Shown here piece by piece: positions 34,932 to 40,245 of a stretch of 40,245 nucleotides of DNA; positions within the stretch are counted from its first letter, which is position 1; the number at the start of each line of letters is the position of its first letter. This DNA comes from a virus. Its lineage: Duplodnaviria; Caudoviricetes. The stretch spans positions 1 through 40,245 of the IMG/VR virus record IMGVR_UViG_3300030372_001081; one strand, 5' to 3'. Below the pieces are notes generated by a model that was not told the origin of the DNA, did no database searches, and worked only from the letters and a program-made list of their open reading frames with translations. The position numbers and the translations under genes are program-made.

Positions 34932-35366
34932 TTAATCAAAGAATCTGGAAGTCTTAGGAATATCAACCACTGTTGGAGCCTTTGGAATGTTCCAATCGTA
35001 GTCAAACTCTGCCTTGTAACACTTCCATTCTTTTAGATCAGTGTTCCAAAGATAAGAATATTCAATCTGAATTGGATCGTAGAAAATGTAATCATTTAGA
35101 TCTTCATGTTCTTGAGCCATTGTCTTCTCACCTCTTTGGTTGAAAGTTCTAATGATTGGTTCTTCAACTTCTTTCATGTTCCAATCTGTCTTTGAGTGGA
35201 TACATGAAATGTCGCCTAACTCCATTAGTTCCCTCACCTTAGAAGTGTCTGAATAGTTCCTCTTTAGAAAGACTCCTAACCATTCTGGGTATCCATCCGA
35301 GTGATGATATACAGACTCAATAGATTCATCTTGGTTAAGGATTCCGATCCGTGAACGAGTAGACAT
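34932..35366 (-). CDS. First early gene; protein with MSTRSRIG...HxDGYP motif
   Basis: 144-aa ORF; SVYHHSDGYPEWLG motif. Confidence 0.85.
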   Translation of the reverse strand: MSTRSRIGILNQDESIESVYHHSDGYPEWLGVFLKRNYSDTSKVRELMELGDISCIHSKTDWNMKEVEEPIIRTFNQRGEKTMAQEHEDLNDYIFYDPIQIEYSYLWNTDLKEWKCYKAEFDYDWNIPKAPTVVDIPKTSRFFD

Positions 35367-35393
35367 AAACCTAATGTGGTGGGTTCATTAATC

Positions 35394-35421
35394 ACTATAT
35401 CACAATCCATTGTTTTTTCAA
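35394..35421 (-). promoter_or_regulatory. Host sigma70-type early promoter
   Basis: TTGAAA-16 nt-TATAGT with extended TGn; overlapped by the palindrome CCATTG-N6-CAATGG. Confidence 0.75.
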
Positions 35422-35520
35422 TGGTTATTGATTAGTAAGTAAGTATTTGATTCTCTGCGGTAACAAACTAAAAGACTTGAATAGATCTAAAAAACTGCTT
35501 ATAAATCGACCTGATAGCCT

Positions 35521-35549
35521 TGCATAACTGCTTCACACACAGTTATGCA
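35521..35549. repeat. Perfect 10-bp inverted repeat
   Basis: TGCATAACTG-N9-CAGTTATGCA. Confidence 0.8.
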
Positions 35550-35673
35550 GCCTAGTCGTACCAATGGATTAGACCCCCTGCCCCCTTATTTGGACAGAAT
35601 TTGGACACCAATGGGGGGTGATCGACTCACTCCCTACTACACGTTAACCCCTCACATTTTCTGGGTAAAAAAG

Positions 35674-35786
35674 TGATCTGTGGGGATCTAACAGATATCT
35701 TATAGGGGGGGGGATCTAGTGGGATCTTATAGGGGGACTTATAGGAATCTAATAGGGGGGATCTGAGTGGATCTTATAGGGGTGAT
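35674..35786. repeat. G-rich short-repeat array, probably adjacent to the genome terminus
   Basis: GGATCT x5, CTTATAGG x4, G-runs up to 9 nt. Confidence 0.8.
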
Positions 35787-35819
35787 AAGGAAGATATTCT
35801 ATTCATATATGGACAGTTA

Positions 35820-35848
35820 GTGATAGCAAGGGATTTGAGGGGTAGAAT
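35820..35848 (+). promoter_or_regulatory. Putative sigma70-type promoter for the plus-strand RNA / terminase operon
   Basis: GTGATA-17 nt-TAGAAT; predicted start about 35855, at the base of a hairpin. Confidence 0.5.
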
Positions 35849-35854
35849 TTAGGG

Positions 35855-35915
35855 GGTTAGCTTAGTCTGCCAGTGAGCTAACAAGGGGGCTTTCCTGTGG
35901 TGGGTGAAGCCCCCG
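35855..35915 (+). ncRNA. Candidate two-hairpin small RNA or structured 5' leader of terS
   Basis: Stems GTTAGCT/AGCTAAC (35856-35882) and GGGGGCTT/AAGCCCCC (35885-35914); apical regions complementary to early leaders. Confidence 0.4.
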
Positions 35916-35954
35916 CTAATATTTGTGTATGATTAGGGAAGTTATTGAAAAGTT

Positions 35955-36191
35955 ATGGCTAGGAAGAGTACGACAGAGGTATTAGGGGATTTACATGCGG
36001 GATTAGCGGAGTGGTTTATGGATAAGTTGGTATCTGGTGAGATGACTGTTGCGGATGTGAATGTCGCTAGACAGTTTTTGAAGGATAATCAGATCAGTGC
36101 ACAGCCAGTAGAGGGTACAGCGTTTGGGGAGTTAGCGAAACAGTTACCTGATATAGAGAATGTCGTAGCATTTAAGAAGAAGAGGGCGTGA
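35955..36191 (+). CDS. terS: Terminase small subunit (gp18-like)
   Basis: LGDLH...ADVNVARQFLKDNQI; directly upstream of terL. Confidence 0.9.
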   Translation: MARKSTTEVLGDLHAGLAEWFMDKLVSGEMTVADVNVARQFLKDNQISAQPVEGTAFGELAKQLPDIENVVAFKKKRA

Positions 36192-36195
36192 GTAA

Positions 36196-37926
36196 GTGAA
36201 AGAAAAGTGGGTGCAGCTACCTGAACAGTTCAGGGATGACTTTAGATATTTTTTAGTTGTCGTATGGAAGCACCTTCAACTTCCTAATCCGACTCCAGTT
36301 CAGTTAGATATAGCTGAATATATGCAGGATGGGCCTAAGAGAAGAATTATTGAGGCTTTTCGTGGAGTAGGAAAGAGTTGGATGGCAGCAGCTTATGTGT
36401 TGTGGCTGTTAAGAAATGATCCACAGAAGAAGATCATGGTTGTATCTGCAAGCAAGATGCGAGCAGATGACTTTGCACAGTTTTGTTTAAGGTTAATTAG
36501 AGAGATGGATATATTGAAGTGCTTAGAACCAGATAGGGATGAGCAAAGAAGTGCAAGTAATAGATTTGATGTAAGACCAGCGACACCAGATCAGTCTCCA
36601 TCAGTTAAGTCTGTTGGTATATTTGGACAGCTTACTGGTAGCCGTGCTGACCTGATATTAGCCGATGACTGTGAGGTTCCTAATACAGCTTGGACTGTAG
36701 GAATGAGAGAGAAGTTGATTGTATCTGTCGGAGAATTTAATGCAATCCTGAAACCAGGGGGAGAAATTATGTTCCTGGGTACGCCTCAGACGGAAGAAAG
36801 TATTTATAACAAGCTACAAACAAAAGGATATGAATGTCGTATCTGGCCTGCAAGGTATCCAAAGAAACCACAGAAGTACGGTGCATCTCTAGCACCCATT
36901 ATAAGTGAGAATTGTGTCGATCTTGTTAATAAACCAACTGACCCTGATCGCTTTAATGAACTAGATCTAATTGAAAGAGAAGCTAGTTATGGTAAGTCGC
37001 AATTCACACTTCAGTTTCAACTAGATACGACACTCAGTGATCTAAATCGTTTTCCTCTTAGATTATCTGACTTAGTAGTTTTAGAAGTTGACCAAGACGC
37101 ACCTGAAAAAGTGGTGTGGTCTTCTGGTGCTGAGTATCGGATTACTGACCTGCCTGCTGTTGGGTTTAGTGGAGATTATTATCACAGGCCAGCGTTTATA
37201 CATGGGCAGTGGATTGAGTTCCAAGGATGTGTAATGTTTATAGATCCTTCAGGTAAAGGTTTAGATGAGACTGCTTATTCTATTGTCGCTCATCTCAATG
37301 GAAATTTATTTGTACTGGAGGTGGGATCTTTTAGAGAAGGATATACAGAGCCTGTCTTAAGAGGAATTGCAGAAGCAGCTAAACGTAGAAAAGTAAAACT
37401 GATTCTCTTGGAAGATCAATTTGGTCAAGGCATGATGGAAAATCTATTGCAGCCTTACCTCAGAGAGGTTTACCCCTGCACGATTGAAGCGACTAGGAGC
37501 AACGTCCAAAAGGAAAGAAGAATTATTAATGCTCTTGAACCAGTGATGAATCAACATCGGTTGATCTTTAATCGCTCGGTAATTGAAGATGATTCCAAAG
37601 CTAGAGATGATGATTCCGTAGAGACAGCCTTGGCATACCAGTTGTTTCATCAATTAACTCATCTCACTGTCGATAAACAATCTTTACAGCATGATGACAG
37701 ATTAGACTCGTTAGCTGGTGCAGTTCAGTATTGGAACGAGTCTCTTGCTATAGATGAAGATAGAGCTATTAAAGAACGTGAACAAGAACTCTGGGAGTTG
37801 GAATTGGCAGCGTATAAAGGTGATATTGAGGGCCTTCTCGATGCACAAATACTTGGTGTCCCAATCGAAAAAGTCCAAAGACAAAACGCAAAAAGTGGAT
37901 GGATCAAGACCCATGGGAACCACTGA
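36196..37926 (+). CDS. terL: Terminase large subunit (gp19-like)
   Basis: AFRGVGKSW, QLTGSRADLILADD, LGTPQ, IDPSGKGLDET, HDDRLDSLA. Confidence 0.97.
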   Translation: MKEKWVQLPEQFRDDFRYFLVVVWKHLQLPNPTPVQLDIAEYMQDGPKRRIIEAFRGVGKSWMAAAYVLWLLRNDPQKKIMVVSASKMRADDFAQFCLRLIREMDILKCLEPDRDEQRSASNRFDVRPATPDQSPSVKSVGIFGQLTGSRADLILADDCEVPNTAWTVGMREKLIVSVGEFNAILKPGGEIMFLGTPQTEESIYNKLQTKGYECRIWPARYPKKPQKYGASLAPIISENCVDLVNKPTDPDRFNELDLIEREASYGKSQFTLQFQLDTTLSDLNRFPLRLSDLVVLEVDQDAPEKVVWSSGAEYRITDLPAVGFSGDYYHRPAFIHGQWIEFQGCVMFIDPSGKGLDETAYSIVAHLNGNLFVLEVGSFREGYTEPVLRGIAEAAKRRKVKLILLEDQFGQGMMENLLQPYLREVYPCTIEATRSNVQKERRIINALEPVMNQHRLIFNRSVIEDDSKARDDDSVETALAYQLFHQLTHLTVDKQSLQHDDRLDSLAGAVQYWNESLAIDEDRAIKEREQELWELELAAYKGDIEGLLDAQILGVPIEKVQRQNAKSGWIKTHGNH

Positions 37927-38125
37927 ATACAGACCTAGAGGATGGGTGGTGCGTATCCCTTCTGGTTTTGTTGGCTATAGTTCTGTTTCTGATTGTGGAT
38001 TCCAAACGGTTGTCGTAGCTGAAACTCCTGACCATGCTTTAGATGTCGCTTCTAATTCTCACGTGTGGGAGCATTTAGAGTTTCCTGTTAGCGATTTCCA
38101 AGTGTTTCCGCAAGATCCTCTTTAA
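37913..38125 (+). CDS. Hypothetical protein (70 aa)
   Basis: ATG 37913 overlaps the terL end; shorter version of track ORF 37754-38125. Confidence 0.55.
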   Translation: MGTTEYRPRGWVVRIPSGFVGYSSVSDCGFQTVVVAETPDHALDVASNSHVWEHLEFPVSDFQVFPQDPL

Positions 38126-38301
38126 ACTCTCCACTTACGATTACGATCTGGTGGATGATGACTAGCAACTGTTTTCTCTAGTTCATTTATACGGTTAAAT
38201 AGCTCTCTAGTGTCTCGATCACGGCGGTTGCTTACGTTGCTAAGAGACATGATGACAACGCTGGCTGTTGCACCAATGATTGCTGCTGTAATCTCTGCCA
38301 C
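38122..38301 (-). CDS. 59-aa protein with N-terminal TM and coiled coil (not in the ORF track)
   Basis: GTG 38301: MAEITAAIIGATASVVIMSLSNVSNRRDRDTRELFNRINELEKTVASHHPPDRNRKWRV; TACACT box upstream. Confidence 0.7.
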   Translation of the reverse strand: MAEITAAIIGATASVVIMSLSNVSNRRDRDTRELFNRINELEKTVASHHPPDRNRKWRV

Positions 38302-38353
38302 TGTTCAAAATGAAGAATTTTGTCTAGTGTAGGGCTGCCTACCACTGATTTCT

Positions 38354-38800
38354 ATGGAAGAAAAGAAAACACCTGAGCAAAAGAAAAAGAATCCTTTGCA
38401 GAAATTAAAGGAAAATTTAGATGATAAAGAAGAACAACTGCAAGTTCTTTCTACTTTTGTTCGATTAGGTGTCGTTGTTTGGTCAGGATTTATCTTGACT
38501 CTTAACTATGTAACTATTCCTGGGATTGGTGAGCAAGAACGTATAGATCCAACCTTTATAGCTTCAGTTTTCACTGGAGCACTTGCTAGTTTTGGTTTGG
38601 AAACTGCTAAGAAAAGAGGAGATGGAACGTATAAAGCAGAGGAAGAAAAGAAAAAAGCAGAAACAGCAGGTGGATTTGCTAATGGTGTTCCTTATACCAT
38701 TGTAAGAATTGAGACTCCAGTAAAATTAGTACCAGATAAGCCAAAAGTTGATGAACTTACTGGTAAAAAAATTGATCCTGAAACAGGCAAATTGACATGA
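38354..38800 (+). CDS. Two-TM membrane protein, holin candidate
   Basis: VRLGVVVWSGFILTLNYV and FIASVFTGALASFG flanked by charged termini. Confidence 0.8.
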   Translation: MEEKKTPEQKKKNPLQKLKENLDDKEEQLQVLSTFVRLGVVVWSGFILTLNYVTIPGIGEQERIDPTFIASVFTGALASFGLETAKKRGDGTYKAEEEKKKAETAGGFANGVPYTIVRIETPVKLVPDKPKVDELTGKKIDPETGKLT

Positions 38801-39294
38801 AAAAGTTATTAATCCTGTTTCTATTGGCTTCTCCCTGCCAAGCAGAGATCATATCCAAGCTTTCTAGTTCTACTTCTCTAACAGTAGGAGCTAGTAGCAC
38901 CCAAGCAACCAGGGTTCCATCAACTTACGCAGTGTCGGGATCTAATATAAAGGTCAGCACTGGTGAACACATTGGGAAACTGACAGCAGGGTCAGCTACA
39001 GCAGCCGCTACACTTGATGTTGGAACGTACGAAATGAATACAGTGGGTTCAGCGTTTTCGCTGACGGAAAGTTGGCAGCAGGGAGACGCTATACCAGCAA
39101 TAGGCAGTGGTGTTGACGTAAGTGCTGGTGTAGTTGCTGACATGCCTGCTTTTGGCAGTACGACCACTATCTCAGGTGGTGTTGCTGGTAACTTGGCAGG
39201 CACTGTAGTCAGTTCTGGTGTTGTTACGGTAGTAGCAGGTGGTGCAAACACTACGGCTGTAGGACAAGTAACCAACGAATTGACTGTAAGGTGA
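38797..39294 (+). CDS. Exported Ser/Thr/Gly-rich beta protein
   Basis: Signal peptide MKKLLILFLLASPCQA. Confidence 0.85.
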   Translation: MKKLLILFLLASPCQAEIISKLSSSTSLTVGASSTQATRVPSTYAVSGSNIKVSTGEHIGKLTAGSATAAATLDVGTYEMNTVGSAFSLTESWQQGDAIPAIGSGVDVSAGVVADMPAFGSTTTISGGVAGNLAGTVVSSGVVTVVAGGANTTAVGQVTNELTVR

Positions 39295-39304
39295 GAATAT
39301 TCCT

Positions 39305-39733
39305 GTGCGTACCTTTCTATATCTCGTACTGCTGTTTAGCCCTAGCGTTCAGGCTGTACCAGTGGTTCCTCAATTTACACAGGGTACAGTTACTTCGCAT
39401 ACGGAAACGAGTACAAAAATTACAGAGACAATCAACTCGATTGACATAAATACAGGCTGGCAATACACGGTTACTGGGACAAATATGAAACATTCTGGTT
39501 CATCTGTGTCTCCCACCACTGTTACAGCCCCTTCTCAGACCACTGATGGCATTACTTACACATGGGTTGGCTTAGATCACTCCAACAAACCGAATTGGCA
39601 GATTCATACAGACGGATCAGCCTTTCAGTTTACCGAAACATACGCTGCTCCTGGGGTAAGCCAGCAAACAATCATCCAAAGAACAACCGATCAAACAAGT
39701 ATCACCGATACAACAAGTATCTTTCAACAATAG
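39305..39733 (+). CDS. Exported Thr-rich beta protein (VPVVPxFTQG type)
   Basis: Signal peptide MRTFLYLVLLFSPSVQA followed by VPVVPQFTQG. Confidence 0.85.
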   Translation: MRTFLYLVLLFSPSVQAVPVVPQFTQGTVTSHTETSTKITETINSIDINTGWQYTVTGTNMKHSGSSVSPTTVTAPSQTTDGITYTWVGLDHSNKPNWQIHTDGSAFQFTETYAAPGVSQQTIIQRTTDQTSITDTTSIFQQ

Positions 39734-40245
39734 CTTATGGATTACTCACGTTTAATTACGGTTTGCCTGCTTACTCTGGTGATGTCGGTGGCGTTAGTGC
39801 TACCGCCGCTCCTAATGCTTCCTCTAGTGGAAGCGTTATCAACCAAGGAGTACAAGTCTTACAAGGACCATTCCATACCAACACATACGGTAACGGAATA
39901 CAGTGCCAAGGAACTACATTAAGCATTACACCCTTTCTTACAGGTGCATTATCGCTTAAAAGGCCCTACGAAAGCTATTATCAAGACCCTGTTTACGATA
40001 CAAGTGATGCTAATGATGATGGAATCATTGATAATCCAGGGAATGTTTTATATTTCAAGGATGTAAGAACAGGACAGAAGGACTCTCACAGCATCACAGG
40101 AGGGATCTCAGCGACCCTTTCAGTTCCACTGGATAAAAGATTCACGACTCGTTGTTTATCTGCCGCTACAACCCAAGAGAAAATACAACAGCAGATCTTG
40201 GCTAACAAGAGGCTTGATTTTGAAATTGCGAGGCTTCGTGAGTGC
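39562..40245 (+). CDS. 5' part of the junction-spanning exported protein (continues to 285); start uncertain
   Basis: Frame open from 39547 through the junction; signal-like KYLSTIAYGLLTFNYGLPAYS, then GDVGGVSATA...GIQCQG. Confidence 0.8.
   Translation, partial: MGWLRSLQQTELADSYRRISLSVYRNIRCSWGKPANNHPKNNRSNKYHRYNKYLSTIAYGLLTFNYGLPAYSGDVGGVSATAAPNASSSGSVINQGVQVLQGPFHTNTYGNGIQCQGTTLSITPFLTGALSLKRPYESYYQDPVYDTSDANDDGIIDNPGNVLYFKDVRTGQKDSHSITGGISATLSVPLDKRFTTRCLSAATTQEKIQQQILANKRLDFEIARLREC
40147..40245. repeat. Contig-end direct repeat, copy 2
   Basis: Identical to 1-99. Confidence 0.97.

Noticed and set aside
37444-37923. Minus-strand ORFs inside terL
   Set aside because: Antisense shadows of a well-supported gene
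39737-39922. Track ORF of 61 aa
   Set aside because: It lies out of frame within the longer junction-spanning ORF

Overview
This window is a complete, circularly assembled genome of about 40,146 bp; bases 1-99 are duplicated at 40147-40245. It is a T7-like podovirus (Autographiviridae), most likely a marine cyanopodovirus of Prochlorococcus or Synechococcus (host inferred from gene content). The minus strand carries early genes, two ribbon-helix-helix (RHH) genes, a single-subunit RNA polymerase, SSB, endonuclease I, primase-helicase, exonuclease, portal, scaffold, capsid, tail tubes A and B, internal virion proteins and a repeat-rich tail fibre with an S74 chaperone. No DNA polymerase, integrase, photosynthesis gene or endolysin is recognisable. 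The terminase genes and a cluster of membrane or exported proteins lie inverted on the plus strand. Three features stand out. (1) A repeated double-hairpin plus CCCACCAC leader precedes the early genes, and a promoter-preceded two-hairpin RNA candidate at about 35855-35915 carries the complementary sequences, suggesting an sRNA regulon. (2) The 2310-aa gp16-position ejection protein contains two ADP-ribosyltransferase-like domains and an HExxH metallopeptidase. (3) An envelope-protein cluster, including an ORF with no clear start codon, may be an unrecognised lysis or envelope system. All family calls come from reading motifs by eye; no database searches were run.
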